DNA from: an uncultured Acidimicrobiia bacterium
GTDB taxonomy: Bacteria > Acidobacteriota > Terriglobia > Versatilivoradales > Versatilivoraceae
Direction of reading: 5' to 3'
Assembly: GCA_963786955.1 (NCBI GenBank)
Contig: CAWBAT010000008.1
Location: forward strand, 64,001-128,000
DNA: 64,000 nucleotides
Shown piece after piece: positions 19,375 to 31,530 of this stretch; within the stretch, counting starts at the first letter, position 1; each line of letters opens with the position of its first letter. Made by a program: the position numbers and the translations under genes. The notes below the pieces were generated by a model. That model had not been told where the DNA came from, did not search any database, and saw only the letters and a program-made list of their open reading frames with translations.

Positions 19375-22300
19375 CTAAACCGCGCCGGTCAGTTTATCTA
19401 TCAACAACCCTGTCAGGTGGGCAACAGTCCGCCCCTTTAAGAGTTGTGCCATCGGAATACTCACCTTTAAGTCGGTCTCAATCCGATTTAACAACTCAAG
19501 GGCCATCAACGAATCAAACCCAAAGTTGTTCAGAGGCTTTAGCGTGTCTATGCTGCCGGCCGGGAGTTGCAGCACTCTAGCGAGTTGGTCGCACAAATAG
19601 TTCTCCAACATTTGTTGGCGTTCTCGTGGCGTAACAGCCAAAAGGCTCTGCAGCGTCAAACTGTGGTCTTTCCTTTCACCAACCGGACTTTCAAACTCAT
19701 GCGTGAAGTGAGCAATCAGCCGCAGTTCCTTAGCTGCCGGGAAAAATTGGCAGAATCGTGTCCAATCAATTGGCAGCACCACCATCTGGGGCGGGGCTTG
19801 GTACAGTAGTTTCGCTAAGATCTGGACGCCTTGCTCCGGTGAGATGAAGTCCATCCCTTGGTCACTCAAACGGCGCTGGTCTTGATCGTGAGCGGCCGCA
19901 ACCATCCCCACTTCTGACCATGGGCCCCAATTAATGCTCAAGGCTGGAAGCCCTTGCGCTTGTCGAAGGTGTGCCAAAGCATCCAAAAAGGCATTGGCGG
20001 CGGCATAATTCCCCTGACCGGGCGCGCCCAAAATTGGAGCCGTGGAGGAGAACAGCACAAAGAAGTCCAATTCCTTATTTTTCGTGAGCAAATGCAAATT
20101 CCAAGCTCCGTCCACCTTGGGAGCCATCACGCGAGCAAAACGCTCCCACTTTTGTTGCAGCAACACGCCATCATCAAGAGCGCCAGCCGCATGAATGATG
20201 CCTCGCAATGGCGGCATCGCATCATCGATTTCGGCGATAACCTTGGTGATTTGGTCATGCTGAGAGACATCCGCCCGGGCAACCACCACCCGTGCTCTCG
20301 TCTTTTCCAGCTTACGTACAATATCTCCGGCATCTCCGGTGGCACCACTGCGCCCGACAAGCACCAAATTCCGTGCTCCTTGGGCTACCAACCACTCGGC
20401 TGCCTTAAGCCCCAAGCCCCCCAAGCCGCCGGTAATGAGATACGTCGCATCGGCATTGAAAGTCCCGTCGGCCGACCGCAACGTCTTCTCTTCCTGGGTA
20501 AGTACAATTTTTCCAACATGCTTAGCTTGCGCCATGTACCGAAACGCACCGATTGCTTCTTGGATGGGAAAGACGCGATACGGCAGTGGTTCGAGGGCTC
20601 CTGATTGGACACTCGCCATCAGCTTGCGCAGCATCTCTTGGATTAACCCGGGCTCTGCGTCCACGATGTCGCCCAAGTAAAATACAAAATAAGCGATATC
20701 GGGTTTCAATCGAACGACCTGGCTTTCGTCCCAAATGCCCGTCTTGCCGATTTCCAGAAAACAGCCCTTCGGGGCCAGCACCGACAAACTCTTGGGAATA
20801 AAATCGCCGGCCAAAGAGTTGAGCACAATATCGACGCCACGCCCCTCCGTCAGGGCCATCACCTCATCGGCAAAATCGAGCGTGCGCGAATCCAAAACGT
20901 GCTGTACGCCCAATGAGCGTAGAAGTGCGCGCTTCCTAGGACTGCCGGCTGTAGCAAAAATTTCCGCACCGACTCGCTGCGCCAGTTGCACGGCAGCCAT
21001 TCCTACGCCGCCAGCGGCCGCATGAATTAAGACCCGCTTCCCGGCTGAGATCTTGGCCAGATGATGCAACGTGTAGTATGCGGTCAGGAAAGCAATGGGC
21101 ATCGTAACCGCTTGCGCAAAGCTCAAGTTGTGTGGTTTGGGCACCACCAGATCGGCCCGGGTCACTACAGATGAGCTAAAACTGCCATAGGCCACTCCCA
21201 CTACCTCGTCCCCAACCTGCACCCCTTTGACACCTTCGCCCACAGCTGTAATCGTTCCGGAACACTCATCTCCAAGTAAATTGTCCGCACCCGGATACTT
21301 TCCCAATGCTTTTAAGACGTCTTTAAAGTTGAGGCCCGTTGCCTGAACGCGAATCTCCACTTCACCTGGGCCTGGCTCGTGGAGTGTCTTGGGGCGGAAC
21401 ACCAACGTGTCCAAAAGGCCACGTGAGTTAACATCGAGCTGGAACGCCCGATCTTCCGGCACGACGAGGCGATGTTTGGCCTCATCCTCGCTTCGGTGGT
21501 GACGCACTATTCTCGCCACCCAGCGGTTAGCTCCCCGAAACGCAACCTGTGTTTCCCTTGCACCTGACCAGGCTTCCCTGAACAGGAGCTCACTTTGATC
21601 GGTTTCCGGCCATGGGTCCAAATCTACTCGTACACAGTGCAGCCCCGGGTGTTCCATGGCGATCGTGCCGCCCAGCCCCCAGAGCGTTGCCTGAGCGACG
21701 GTCAGAAGTGTGGGTTCGGGCCCTGCCGGCTGTGCGCCGCGCGTAACCAGCCATAGGCCCTGCAAACCTTCTCCTAATGTTGCCAGTGCCTGAACCAAGT
21801 GGAGAGCGCCACCGCAAATCTGTGCCTGTGTCGTTTCTTTTCCCGGTTCACTATCCAATGCCCACAAGTAAATCACCCCACGAAGTAGCCGGACTGTTTC
21901 CACGGCTTCTTGGAGTAATCGTTGAAAATCGGCGGGGCGGCTTGGATTGACTTGCCAAAGCCCACCCTTGGCGGCCGCATAAGTCTCGCCGGGAATGACG
22001 AGAACACATGTTTCACCTTGCGCCTTCAGGCGTTCGGCCAGAGCTTCCCCGACTCCACCCTGGTCCGCTAAAATCAACCATCCTCCCGCCTTTTCCCTTG
22101 AGTTTTCGATTTCAAGTTTGGCATCGAATTCCTGAATCTCCCAGGCCACCTCATACAGCCAAGAATCAACGTCTGTTAGGATGGCTCGCTGCAAGGCTTC
22201 GCGCGATGCGTGCCTGAGGTACAAGTCTTCCACCTCTGCCACGATCTGCCCAGTCTCATCAAACAAACGGACATCCACGGCGAAGCTATCTTGGCCTTCT

Positions 22301-25300
22301 GCATCGTTTGGTTTGCGAATAATCTGACCCCATAACGGGGTGGAAGAGCGTTGGTAAATACCAATTCGCTTCATGCCGACTGGCAAATAAACGCCAGTGC
22401 CCATCTTCCCGGTCTCAAACGATGACGCCAGCAAAAGTTGGAAGGCAGCATCGAGCAGCGCTGGATGAATTCGATAGGCGTCTAGATCATTTACCAGGGC
22501 TTCGGGCAAGCATATTTGTCCCAGCACTTCCCCTTCATGCCGCCAAATTTGGGTAATTCCCTGAAAGCGCGGCCCATATTGAAGTCCCAGCTCGCGGACG
22601 CGTGCATAAAATGCACTTGCGTCAATCTCTTCTTGGCAACGTGCTTGTGCCGCGGAAAGTGAGGCGCCATCCAATATAGGTTCTCGATCGGCTTGTCGCA
22701 GGCGAATATTACCCGTCACATGTACTTTCCAATTGCCTTTCTCGGTTAGACTGACTACCTGAAAAGCTGCCGTTTCAGTATCCTCCGGCGTTAGAATGAG
22801 CTGAACAACCGTTGCCTCGGGGGAAGCATCTGGCAGAATCAGGGCTTGGTGAATCGTAACTTCTTCTAGCAGATGATTGCCCGGGCCGAAGGCCGCACTC
22901 GCGGCTGCGAGTGCCATCTCAACATAAGCAGTCCCCGGCACCACTACCGTCCCATAGACTCGATGATCCGTTAGGAAGGATGGCGAATCGGCATGCAAAT
23001 GAACTTCAAACTGAATCTCTTTCAGTGCCGAGCGCAGCCTTTGACCGAGCAAGGGATGAAGCGCCGTTTTTCCCGCACCTTCCTTCGATAGCCCGATACT
23101 CCGGCTTTGAGCATGCTTTTCCCCTCCTTCAAGCCAGTAACGCTCGCGCTGAAACGGATAGGTAGGCAGCACCACGCGGCAACGTCCGCGTGCATAGTCG
23201 TGTTCAAATCCTGCATGGTCCACATCCGCCCCGTGAACATACAACGTTCCCAGACTCTCCAGCATCTGCTGCCAGTCTGCAATATTTTTCCGGAGCGAAG
23301 GGAGCCAAACCTGGGCCTGCTGCGCCTCCGGGATACACAACTTTCCCATTCCCAAAAGTATTGGGCTTGGGCCAATTTCAAGGAAGAACGTATATCCCTC
23401 GCGTTGAAGGGTCTGCATTGTCGCGGAGAATCTTACCCCTTGTCGGATGTGACGCTGCCAGTAAGCTGTGTCTGGTATTTCATCGAAATTCAGCATTTGC
23501 CCTGTCAAGTTGGAGACTAAAGGAAGACGCGGGGCATTGTAATCCACTTGGCGGGCGGTTTGCGCGAAGGCATCCAGCATCGGTTCCATCAAAGGCGAGT
23601 GAAAAGCATGCGAAACGTTCAGAGGCTGAGTCTTCACTTTCTCATTCCGAAGTTTTTCAATCACAGTCTGCACGGCGGTTCGCTCGCCGGATATCACGAT
23701 ATTCTTTGGGCCATTATAGGCAGCGATGGAAACGGATTGGAAATAAGGAGCAATGGCTGCCTCTACGCGCTCTTCTCCTGCGAACACCACGGCCATCATC
23801 CCGTCCCTTGGAAGGGCCTGCATGAGGCGACCACGCTCGGCAATGAGCTTCAGTCCATCATCTAGGGTGAATACGCCAGCCACGCAGGCCGCCACATATT
23901 CACCAACACTATGACCCAGCACAATCGCCGGCTCTATCCCCCAGGATCGCCACAGCGCTGCCAACGCATATTCAATGGCAAATAACGCCGGTTGGGTGTA
24001 AGCGGTCTCGTCCAGCAATGAAGACGAACCGGATTCCGGGTAAAGCACTGACAAGAGCGGCTGTTCCAAGTGGGGACGGAGTAACTCGTTGCACTTGTCT
24101 AATGCCGCGCGGAAGGTGGGCTGGGTCTCATAAAGTTGGCGTCCCATGCCAACATATTGCGAGCCTTGACCTGTAAACAGGAAAGCCACCTTGGGCTTTT
24201 CCGTGCCTTCGATTTGTCCGCTCATCACGCCGGGTTGTTTTTGCCCGTTTGCAAAAGAGTTCAGTTTCTCCCGCATTTGGAGGGATGACTCGGCCACAAC
24301 CGCTAGGCGATGATTAAAATGGCCTCGCCCGGTATTGGCGGTGAAACAGATATCCGCTAGTGAAGCTAAAGGTTCGGCCGTCAGGTGTCTCTCAAATCGA
24401 CCGGCAAGCTCCTTTAATGCCACTTCGCTTTTCGCCGAGACATTGAGAAGATGGAGTGGTCTGTCAGCTTCAAGCTTCACTGGTTGGGCTGCAGGGGCTT
24501 CCTCCACTACTACGTGAGAATTAGTTCCGCTCAGTCCAAACGAGCTGACGCCGGCAATTCTTTTTTCATTCCCGGCAGGCCAGCGGGTTCGTCTTGTCGG
24601 AATGGTGACCGGCACCTCATTCAATGAAATATGTGGATTGATCTGTTTAAAGTGCAACAAAGGTGGTATTTCCTCATTCTGCAATGAAAGCACCAATTTG
24701 ATGAGACCGGCAATGCCGGCTGCGGAGTCGAGGTGGCCGATATTGCTCTTGGCCGAGCCAATCATCAAACGTCTATTCTCTGCTCGTCCCTCGCCGAGCA
24801 CTGCTCCCAAAGCCCGCACCTCAATGGGGTCTCCAAGGGAAGTCCCGGTACCGTGAGCCTCAACATAACTTATCTGAGCCGGTTGGACTCGGGCATCCGT
24901 TAGAGCTTGGCGAATCATCGCCTGCTGAGCCAGTCCGTTCGGAACGGTCAGGCCTCCACTGGGGCCATCATGGTTGACTGCTGAGCCTCTGATCAATGCG
25001 AGGATGTTGTCACCATTTGCAACCGCATCGGAGAGACGCTTGAGAACAACAACTCCGCAACCCTCTCCTCGTCCAAAGCCGTCGGCGGCAGCATCAAAGG
25101 TTTTGCAGCGACCATCAGCAGACAATGCTCTGAATCTGGAGAGGGTGATGTACAATTCCGGTGAAAGAATCAGGCTCACGCCGCCCGCCAGGGCAAGGTC
25201 GCACTCGCCGGAGCGCAGGCTGCGGCAAGCGAGGTGGACTGCTACCAACGATGAGGAGCACGCAGTATCAACAGAGAGACTGGGGCCGTGAAGGCCCAAG

Positions 25301-25887
25301 ACGTAGGACAACCGACCGGCCGCAAAGCTAAAATTGACGCCGGTAACAAAATAGGCGTCTATGTTTGTGGGATCACCCGCTTTCACATGCAGTTTTGAGT
25401 AATCGTCTGTCATGATCCCCATGAACACGCCTGTCTGGCTGCCAGCTAGTTTGTCCGGTGCCTGTCCGGCGTTCTCCAACGCCTCCCAGCTTACCTCTAG
25501 GAGTAATCTTTGCTGAGGGTCCAGGCTCATTGCTTCGCGGGGGGAAATATTGAAGAATCCGGCATCGAATTTGTCGATGTCATCCAAAAAGCTGCCATAT
25601 CGTGTATAAATCTTGCCAGGCGCATCCGGGTCCGGGTCATGATAAGCCTTGACATCCCACCGGTCCTGCGGCATCTCGGCGACAGCATCCACACCGTTGC
25701 GTAAGAGCTGCCAAAACCCCTCCGGATTATTGCCTCCACCAGGGAAACGGCACCCCATGCCGATAACCGCAAGAGGTTCCGTTTTCGAACGCTCGACGGC
25801 GTCGAGCTTAGACTGCATTTTCTCCAGCGAGAAAAGTGCCTGCTTCAGTGGAGACAAAAAGCCGGGATGTTCTGAGTTCTGACTCAT
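19375..25887 (-). CDS. Type I PKS module KS-AT-DH-ER-KR-ACP
   Basis: KS DTACSSS/HGTGT/NIGHL; AT GHSVG plus HAFHS (malonyl-CoA type); [12 protein letters not shown] and DAAFQ; [12 protein letters not shown]; [13 protein letters not shown] (B-type) and YAAAN; ACP GFDSL; N-terminal docking helix. Confidence 0.97.
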   Translation of the reverse strand: MSQNSEHPGFLSPLKQALFSLEKMQSKLDAVERSKTEPLAVIGMGCRFPGGGNNPEGFWQLLRNGVDAVAEMPQDRWDVKAYHDPDPDAPGKIYTRYGSFLDDIDKFDAGFFNISPREAMSLDPQQRLLLEVSWEALENAGQAPDKLAGSQTGVFMGIMTDDYSKLHVKAGDPTNIDAYFVTGVNFSFAAGRLSYVLGLHGPSLSVDTACSSSLVAVHLACRSLRSGECDLALAGGVSLILSPELYITLSRFRALSADGRCKTFDAAADGFGRGEGCGVVVLKRLSDAVANGDNILALIRGSAVNHDGPSGGLTVPNGLAQQAMIRQALTDARVQPAQISYVEAHGTGTSLGDPIEVRALGAVLGEGRAENRRLMIGSAKSNIGHLDSAAGIAGLIKLVLSLQNEEIPPLLHFKQINPHISLNEVPVTIPTRRTRWPAGNEKRIAGVSSFGLSGTNSHVVVEEAPAAQPVKLEADRPLHLLNVSAKSEVALKELAGRFERHLTAEPLASLADICFTANTGRGHFNHRLAVVAESSLQMREKLNSFANGQKQPGVMSGQIEGTEKPKVAFLFTGQGSQYVGMGRQLYETQPTFRAALDKCNELLRPHLEQPLLSVLYPESGSSSLLDETAYTQPALFAIEYALAALWRSWGIEPAIVLGHSVGEYVAACVAGVFTLDDGLKLIAERGRLMQALPRDGMMAVVFAGEERVEAAIAPYFQSVSIAAYNGPKNIVISGERTAVQTVIEKLRNEKVKTQPLNVSHAFHSPLMEPMLDAFAQTARQVDYNAPRLPLVSNLTGQMLNFDEIPDTAYWQRHIRQGVRFSATMQTLQREGYTFFLEIGPSPILLGMGKLCIPEAQQAQVWLPSLRKNIADWQQMLESLGTLYVHGADVDHAGFEHDYARGRCRVVLPTYPFQRERYWLEGGEKHAQSRSIGLSKEGAGKTALHPLLGQRLRSALKEIQFEVHLHADSPSFLTDHRVYGTVVVPGTAYVEMALAAASAAFGPGNHLLEEVTIHQALILPDASPEATVVQLILTPEDTETAAFQVVSLTEKGNWKVHVTGNIRLRQADREPILDGASLSAAQARCQEEIDASAFYARVRELGLQYGPRFQGITQIWRHEGEVLGQICLPEALVNDLDAYRIHPALLDAAFQLLLASSFETGKMGTGVYLPVGMKRIGIYQRSSTPLWGQIIRKPNDAEGQDSFAVDVRLFDETGQIVAEVEDLYLRHASREALQRAILTDVDSWLYEVAWEIQEFDAKLEIENSREKAGGWLILADQGGVGEALAERLKAQGETCVLVIPGETYAAAKGGLWQVNPSRPADFQRLLQEAVETVRLLRGVIYLWALDSEPGKETTQAQICGGALHLVQALATLGEGLQGLWLVTRGAQPAGPEPTLLTVAQATLWGLGGTIAMEHPGLHCVRVDLDPWPETDQSELLFREAWSGARETQVAFRGANRWVARIVRHHRSEDEAKHRLVVPEDRAFQLDVNSRGLLDTLVFRPKTLHEPGPGEVEIRVQATGLNFKDVLKALGKYPGADNLLGDECSGTITAVGEGVKGVQVGDEVVGVAYGSFSSSVVTRADLVVPKPHNLSFAQAVTMPIAFLTAYYTLHHLAKISAGKRVLIHAAAGGVGMAAVQLAQRVGAEIFATAGSPRKRALLRSLGVQHVLDSRTLDFADEVMALTEGRGVDIVLNSLAGDFIPKSLSVLAPKGCFLEIGKTGIWDESQVVRLKPDIAYFVFYLGDIVDAEPGLIQEMLRKLMASVQSGALEPLPYRVFPIQEAIGAFRYMAQAKHVGKIVLTQEEKTLRSADGTFNADATYLITGGLGGLGLKAAEWLVAQGARNLVLVGRSGATGDAGDIVRKLEKTRARVVVARADVSQHDQITKVIAEIDDAMPPLRGIIHAAGALDDGVLLQQKWERFARVMAPKVDGAWNLHLLTKNKELDFFVLFSSTAPILGAPGQGNYAAANAFLDALAHLRQAQGLPALSINWGPWSEVGMVAAAHDQDQRRLSDQGMDFISPEQGVQILAKLLYQAPPQMVVLPIDWTRFCQFFPAAKELRLIAHFTHEFESPVGERKDHSLTLQSLLAVTPRERQQMLENYLCDQLARVLQLPAGSIDTLKPLNNFGFDSLMALELLNRIETDLKVSIPMAQLLKGRTVAHLTGLLIDKLTGAV

Positions 25888-28343
25888 GACAGTTTCTTCT
25901 TTATACTCTCTAATCTTTTGATGAGTAATGCTTCTGCTTCGTCCTCAGAGAGTTGTTCGAGCTCATGCAAATCCATCACTGCCTGAGGATGGTTGGCTGT
26001 CGGTGGTTCCACCTGAGAGGCCCCGGACGGATTCAGCGGCAATACGGTCGAGGCAAGATACCCGGAAAGGGATTCAATGGTCGGATAGTCGAAAACCAGA
26101 GTAGAAGAAAGCGGCTGTCCAAGGCTGGTCTGGAGATGGTTCATGAGCTCAACGGCTGCAAGGGAGTTTAGGCCTACGTCAAACAACCCTTGCTGTGGCC
26201 TTATTGGAAAAGAGGGATCAAGTCCCAGTACATTGACGACCTGATCTCGAACATGTGTCCGCAAGATATCTTGACGTTTCGTTGGAGACGCTTCCTCTAA
26301 TCGCCGCAAAAATTCTGGCCGTTCTTTCGCCGGCTGCATGCTTAATTGCAATTCGCCTGCCAGCTTGGATGAATGATCTTCATTAGGAGCCTGATCTCGC
26401 GTAATATCTCCCCCTTCAACACTTAAGCCCCCTCCCTCTTTGTGCAGCCACTCTAACCAGAGGCGCTCGCGTTGCCAAGGATAAGTGGGTAGTTGGGTAC
26501 ATTGGTTCTCATCCGGATAGAGCCCGTTCCAATTCACCTTATTCCCTTGGGCATAGATAGAACCCAATGCCTCAAGCATAATTTTCCGATCCGCGTTTTT
26601 ATCTATCGCAGAAGAAACTACAGTACTTGCTTGATTGCACTCATGTAGCAATCGAGAAATTGCCTCGGAAAGGGCGGGATAAGAGCCAGATTCTGGGAGG
26701 TCGGGCTGATCCTCCCTAACCTTTGGGCTGAAGAACACACCGGGTGTCACCTTCCTCTGTAGGAATGATTGCAGGGACTGGGCCAATGCTTGCAAGGAAT
26801 GACCTATGAGGGCGAGGCGGTATTCATGATGGCTTCGCCGCACGCTAGCGGTGTAACAAATGTCTCGCAGCGAGACACCAGCTCCGATCCCTTTTTCGGT
26901 CAGGAAATTTTTGTAAGCCAGCGCAAGGTCCAATAGCGCCTTCGGAGTGCGTGCAGATAACGTTAGAATTTGCGACTCTCCGTCAACGGGCTGTTCCGCA
27001 CCATTCCTTGCGATGCTGGCGGAGCGAGATTGCTGTCCAGCACCCCGTGGAGGGGCCTCCAACACGGCATGTGCATTGCCCCCAGCCATGGAAATTGCAG
27101 TCACTCCCGCCAGTGAGGGTCCAGATTTGGCGGGCCACGGACCCAGTGTCCGTTGTGCCAACAGGCCGAGCGATTCCATGGGAATCTTCGGATTGAGATG
27201 CTGAAGGTGTAAAGTCGGTGGGATCTCTCCGTGATAGAGGGAAAGCGCCACTTTAATGAGGCCAGCAATACCGGATGCCGAATCCAAGTGACCAATGTTG
27301 GTTTTGACAGAGCCCACAATACAGGGACGAAGACGCTGGGTTCCAGAGTTGAGGACGGCCCCTAGTGCGTTTGCCTCGATGGGGTCGCCTTTGGGAAGTC
27401 CTGTGCCATGCAACTCTACATAGTCGATTTCAGTCGGCTCAACACCCGCGACATGAAGGGCCTCACGAATAACGGTCTCTTGGGCTGATGAGTCACTGGC
27501 CATGATCCATTCGTTATGGCCATTGTGGTTGAGCGCAGTCCCGCGAATGAATGCGTAAACGCGGTCTCCGGGCATTAACTGAGAGCGTAACTTGAGCACA
27601 ATGACCCCGGCGCCCTCCCCGCGAACAAAGCCATCTGCCCGGGCGTCTAAGGTTTTACAGCATCCATCAGGAGAGAGAACTCCGGCCTTGGACAGCATGA
27701 TGTTGACATCGGGCGACAGAATGAGATTCACTCCACCCGCCAATGCCAGGGTAGTCTCTTCCATCCAAAGACTCTGACAGGCAGTGTGGACCGAGGCCAA
27801 CGACGCGGCACAAGCACCATCAATGGCCATGCTTGGCCCCCTCAAATCAAAGAAGTAGGAGATTCGGCTCGGAGCAAAAGCAAAGGCATTGCCGGTAGCC
27901 GCGTAACCATTGAGCTGCAAAGGTTCCCTCGACTGCAGCCTGAGATAGTCGTTCCACATGATCCCCATGAACACGCCAGTCGGGCTGCCACGGACGCTTT
28001 CCAAGGGCAGCCCAGCATCTTCAAGAGCCTCCCACGCGACCTCGAGGAGCAGGCGGTGCTGTGGGTCCATATATTTCGCTTCTCGTGGAGGAATTCGAAA
28101 TGCACGCCAATCGAATTGATCGGCATTGTCGAGGAATCCACCGCGCCGGCTGATCATCTTGCCGGGGCTGTTGGGGTCCGGATCATGGAGTGAGTTTACG
28201 TCCCAGCGATCGGCCGGAACCTCGCGAATTGCATCGCTTCCTTCTCGCAGCAGCTTCCAGAACGCTTGTGGACTGGGAGCCCCTGGGAGACGGCACCCCA
28301 TCCCCACAATGGCGATGGGCTCACGCGGAATTTTTGAATTCAC
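25884..28343 (-). CDS. AT-less PKS module KS-(AT linkers only)-ACP
   Basis: KS DGAC/HGTG/NIGHL; KS-AT linker followed almost directly by the post-AT linker LPTYPWQRERLW with no GHS AT core; ACP GLNSL; C-terminal docking helix. Confidence 0.9.
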   Translation of the reverse strand: MNSKIPREPIAIVGMGCRLPGAPSPQAFWKLLREGSDAIREVPADRWDVNSLHDPDPNSPGKMISRRGGFLDNADQFDWRAFRIPPREAKYMDPQHRLLLEVAWEALEDAGLPLESVRGSPTGVFMGIMWNDYLRLQSREPLQLNGYAATGNAFAFAPSRISYFFDLRGPSMAIDGACAASLASVHTACQSLWMEETTLALAGGVNLILSPDVNIMLSKAGVLSPDGCCKTLDARADGFVRGEGAGVIVLKLRSQLMPGDRVYAFIRGTALNHNGHNEWIMASDSSAQETVIREALHVAGVEPTEIDYVELHGTGLPKGDPIEANALGAVLNSGTQRLRPCIVGSVKTNIGHLDSASGIAGLIKVALSLYHGEIPPTLHLQHLNPKIPMESLGLLAQRTLGPWPAKSGPSLAGVTAISMAGGNAHAVLEAPPRGAGQQSRSASIARNGAEQPVDGESQILTLSARTPKALLDLALAYKNFLTEKGIGAGVSLRDICYTASVRRSHHEYRLALIGHSLQALAQSLQSFLQRKVTPGVFFSPKVREDQPDLPESGSYPALSEAISRLLHECNQASTVVSSAIDKNADRKIMLEALGSIYAQGNKVNWNGLYPDENQCTQLPTYPWQRERLWLEWLHKEGGGLSVEGGDITRDQAPNEDHSSKLAGELQLSMQPAKERPEFLRRLEEASPTKRQDILRTHVRDQVVNVLGLDPSFPIRPQQGLFDVGLNSLAAVELMNHLQTSLGQPLSSTLVFDYPTIESLSGYLASTVLPLNPSGASQVEPPTANHPQAVMDLHELEQLSEDEAEALLIKRLESIKKKLS

Positions 28344-28364
28344 CGCAGTAGTTCCCCCAGATGT

Positions 28365-28643
28365 TTACAATTGGCGAGGTTCTGCCCGCTGTGCTCCTGC
28401 GAGTTCCACAACCAAGTTAGTTATAGAGGTCAGATCCTTGAAATTGTCTGGAAGAATCTTATCCGCGGGCACTTTCACACTGAATCGGTCTTGGATAAAG
28501 CTAACAATTCTGGCCATCTCAATCGAGTTAATAATCCCCCATTCAAGCAACGGAGTCGATTCATTCAGACCGATATCTTTTCCGTCAAGCACCTCTCGGG
28601 AAATATAACTTTTTACGCCATCGAGAACTTCTGATTGGTTCAT
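28365..28643 (-). CDS. Stand-alone prolyl/pyrrolyl carrier protein (PltL-like)
   Basis: TPLLEWGIINSIEM phosphopantetheine motif, closely resembling PltL (PLLEWGILNS, from memory). Confidence 0.88.
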   Translation of the reverse strand: MNQSEVLDGVKSYISREVLDGKDIGLNESTPLLEWGIINSIEMARIVSFIQDRFSVKVPADKILPDNFKDLTSITNLVVELAGAQRAEPRQL

Positions 28644-28807
28644 GTTAATCTCTCTTTAAATACTCTATTCTGCAATCAATCTATTTGACAATGCCAGGTC
28701 ACTTACCGTTGCATAATAAGCGCTTCTGCTGCTAGCAGTAAGCCTGAATTTTCAATAGGTTTTCCACCTTAATGGATAACTGGCTCTCTCCGCTGGTGAT
28801 GCAAAAC

Positions 28808-30310
28808 TCAAGAATGAGCCACATCACTCATCAGACTGAGTCGATCAACTTTTCCATTCCTGGTACGAGGAAGGGAATTCAGGAAATTCACTTTATCGAC
28901 AATCATGTAGCGGGGAAGACGCTCGGCACAGTGTCGTTTGATGTCGAGCAACGTAGGCGGTTCGTCGGCTGTGCTCACAATAAAGGCAATGAGCCGTGCC
29001 TCTACCCCACTACCGGATACGACAACCGTTGCCTCCTTGACCTTGGGGTATTGTCCAAGAGCCGCCTCGATGTCTCCCAGCTCAACACGGTGGCCGCGCA
29101 CCTTCACCATGTGATCTTTGCGCCCAATGTACATGTAGTTGCCATCCTCCTCGAGCCGAACAATGTCGCCGGTAGCATACGGCTTGTCGCCGTGAAGTGG
29201 CTGCCCCCAATAGCCCAGAAGCACGGTTGGGCCGGAGACCATCAGTTCGCCTTGCTCTCCTGGGTTGACCTCGGTACCATCGTCTTTGACCCCCCATACA
29301 CGGTCGCCGGAGCATGCCCGGCCGATAGGAACCGGCTTCGTGCGATCCTTCGCGATCTCAGTCACCTCATAGAAGGTACAGACATTGGTCTCGGTCGGGC
29401 CATAGAGGTTGAGATATCGCATTGAAGGCCAACGTTCATATAACCGCCGCAAGTGCCCAATAGGAAATGGCTCGCCAGCAAATAGGATGGCGCGAAGTGG
29501 ATTATGCTGCAGCTCCAGCAGTCCACCCTGCTCCATCATGAGGATCAATGCGGATGGGACGGAATACCAAATTGTTATGTTTTCTTGGATGATAAAGTCG
29601 ACCAGTCTTTGGGGAACATAGGACATTCCATCGGGAATTAGGGAAACTACTCCGCCCGCGCGAAACGCCACGTAGAGATCGAGTACCGATAGGTCAAAAT
29701 GGAACGGGGCGTGGTTAGAAAAATGATCGGCCGAATTTACCCGAAGTTCATCGGCAGCCCAATTGATAAATGCGAGGGCATTGCGATGGCTGATACAAAC
29801 CCCCTTGGGCTTGCCGGTTGAGCCAGACGTATAGAGTATGTAAGCCAAGTCATCGTCAGCAGGGGCCGGTAGTTCTACCGACCGGTCTGAGAATGCCGAT
29901 AGGTCATTCCAGCTAATTCCTTGCCCGGTATCATCCACGCACAAACGCGTCACCTGTTTGAGATCATCTGTGAGAATGGATTCGGCGCGGTTTGCCGTGC
30001 TCACGAGCGCTCGCATGGCGCAGTCCTGCACGATCGTGCGGGTTCGAGCCGCAGGAGCCAGCGGGTCGAGCGGAACGTATGCCGCCCCGATTCGCAGCAC
30101 GCCTTGCATCGCCGCTACTGCGCGCGCTGACTTGTCAAGCCAGATTCCGACTCGGTCGCCGCTGCAGACACCCTGCTCGGCCAGCGCTCGGGCGATACGG
30201 TTCGCCAGGCGATCCAGTTCGCCATATGTGAAGTTGCCATCTGGGCCCTTGACAGCCAATGCGTCCGCTGTGCGCTGCGCGCTCAGGATAAGAATGTCTT
30301 TCAGACTCAT
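28808..30310 (-). CDS. Stand-alone adenylation enzyme, L-proline--carrier ligase (PltF/RedM-like)
   Basis: YTSGSTGKPKG, FDLS, AGE, YGPTETNVC and NGKVDR motifs; manually read specificity code DLLYLALVCK. Confidence 0.9.
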   Translation of the reverse strand: MSLKDILILSAQRTADALAVKGPDGNFTYGELDRLANRIARALAEQGVCSGDRVGIWLDKSARAVAAMQGVLRIGAAYVPLDPLAPAARTRTIVQDCAMRALVSTANRAESILTDDLKQVTRLCVDDTGQGISWNDLSAFSDRSVELPAPADDDLAYILYTSGSTGKPKGVCISHRNALAFINWAADELRVNSADHFSNHAPFHFDLSVLDLYVAFRAGGVVSLIPDGMSYVPQRLVDFIIQENITIWYSVPSALILMMEQGGLLELQHNPLRAILFAGEPFPIGHLRRLYERWPSMRYLNLYGPTETNVCTFYEVTEIAKDRTKPVPIGRACSGDRVWGVKDDGTEVNPGEQGELMVSGPTVLLGYWGQPLHGDKPYATGDIVRLEEDGNYMYIGRKDHMVKVRGHRVELGDIEAALGQYPKVKEATVVVSGSGVEARLIAFIVSTADEPPTLLDIKRHCAERLPRYMIVDKVNFLNSLPRTRNGKVDRLSLMSDVAHS

Positions 30311-30384
30311 GCGTCCAATTCCTTAAATTTTACGAAACTGCTTTTGATTAGTTAATGACGAAGCGAGCCGACCACGGGTGTCCT

Positions 30385-31530
30385 CTATAAACCCAACCAA
30401 CGAGCAATGACCACCCGCTGGATGTCGGACGTGCCGGAATAAAGTATCCCGCCGACGGCGTCACGTAGATCGCGCTCCACCTCAAACTCGGTTGTGTAAC
30501 CATACCCACCATGGATTCTTACGGCGTCGAGGCTCGATTGGACAAAACACTCACTCAGGTGGAGTTTGGCCATCGCGGCTTCCATCACGGCGGGTTTGTC
30601 CATCTTCTTGAGCCAGGCAACTTTATACAAAAGCAGCCGGGAGGTTTCCAAACGTACCTGCATGTCAGCGATGCGATTAGCCACTGATTGAAATTTGCCG
30701 ATCGGTTGGCCAAATTGGCGGCGCTCACGCGCGTATCGAATGCATATTTCCAATTGATGCTCCATCGCGCCGATGTGGCTGGCCAGAATGCAACTCCGTT
30801 CCCATTCCATCGAACTGCTGAAGATGGTGACCCCGGCTCCCTCCGGCCCCAGCCGACTCTCAGCGGGCACGTAACAATCGTCCAAAATTAATTCTCCCAT
30901 CGGTGAAGTACGCAAGCCCATCTTCTCCGTGTGACCACCCACACGAAAACCCGGCGTGCCTTTCTCCACCAAGAAAGCGCCGATGCCGCCGATGCCTTTG
31001 GCAGGATCTAAGGTCGCAAAAACCACGGCTAGATCGGCCATGGGGGCGCTAGTAACGAAAACTTTGGTGCCGTTTAGCACGTAACCGTTATCACGCTTCT
31101 CAGCACGTGTGCGCAGACTGTAGGCATCGGACCCCGAATCCGGTTCAGTCATCCCATGAGCACCAATCAGGTCTCCGCCGCACAATCCAGGCAGATATTT
31201 TTCCTTCTGCGCTTCCGTACCAAAAGTTAAAATAGGGAGTTGCACACTCCACATCTGAGCATTCAAAGCAAAAATTAACCCGTTGTCACGACATCCATAT
31301 CCTAGCCCTTCCATCGTCAGCATCGTCGTCAGAATGTCTGCGTCGGTGCCGCCGTATTTTCCCGGAATGGGCAATCCTTGAATGCCTAACTGGGCGCACT
31401 TTCGCCAATTTTCAGTTGAAAATTCTCCGTCTTTATCACGCTGCACTAGGTTGTTGTTCAGCTCTTGTTGGGCAAATTTGATCACTTCGTGTTTGAACGA
31501 GAGCTGTTCTTCTGTCCAGGAAAAATCCAT
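30385..31530 (-). CDS. Acyl-CoA dehydrogenase family, L-prolyl-carrier dehydrogenase (PltE/RedW/AnaB-like)
   Basis: MTEPDSGSDA, LNGTKVFVT, KMGLRTSP, RQFGQPIGKFQ, HGGYGY and YSGTSDIQR motifs, plus context; ATG 31530. Confidence 0.9.
   Translation of the reverse strand: MDFSWTEEQLSFKHEVIKFAQQELNNNLVQRDKDGEFSTENWRKCAQLGIQGLPIPGKYGGTDADILTTMLTMEGLGYGCRDNGLIFALNAQMWSVQLPILTFGTEAQKEKYLPGLCGGDLIGAHGMTEPDSGSDAYSLRTRAEKRDNGYVLNGTKVFVTSAPMADLAVVFATLDPAKGIGGIGAFLVEKGTPGFRVGGHTEKMGLRTSPMGELILDDCYVPAESRLGPEGAGVTIFSSSMEWERSCILASHIGAMEHQLEICIRYARERRQFGQPIGKFQSVANRIADMQVRLETSRLLLYKVAWLKKMDKPAVMEAAMAKLHLSECFVQSSLDAVRIHGGYGYTTEFEVERDLRDAVGGILYSGTSDIQRVVIARWLGL

Noticed and set aside
18850-19375. Expected attR duplication of the tRNA-Leu 3' end, or a thioesterase gene
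   Set aside because: No matching repeat and no credible ORF found by eye.
19375-31530. Calling the cluster an anatoxin-a or pyoluteorin pathway
   Set aside because: Lacks AnaF/AnaG/cyclase/TE and the Plt halogenases and extra modules; only the starter cassette and one module type are shared.
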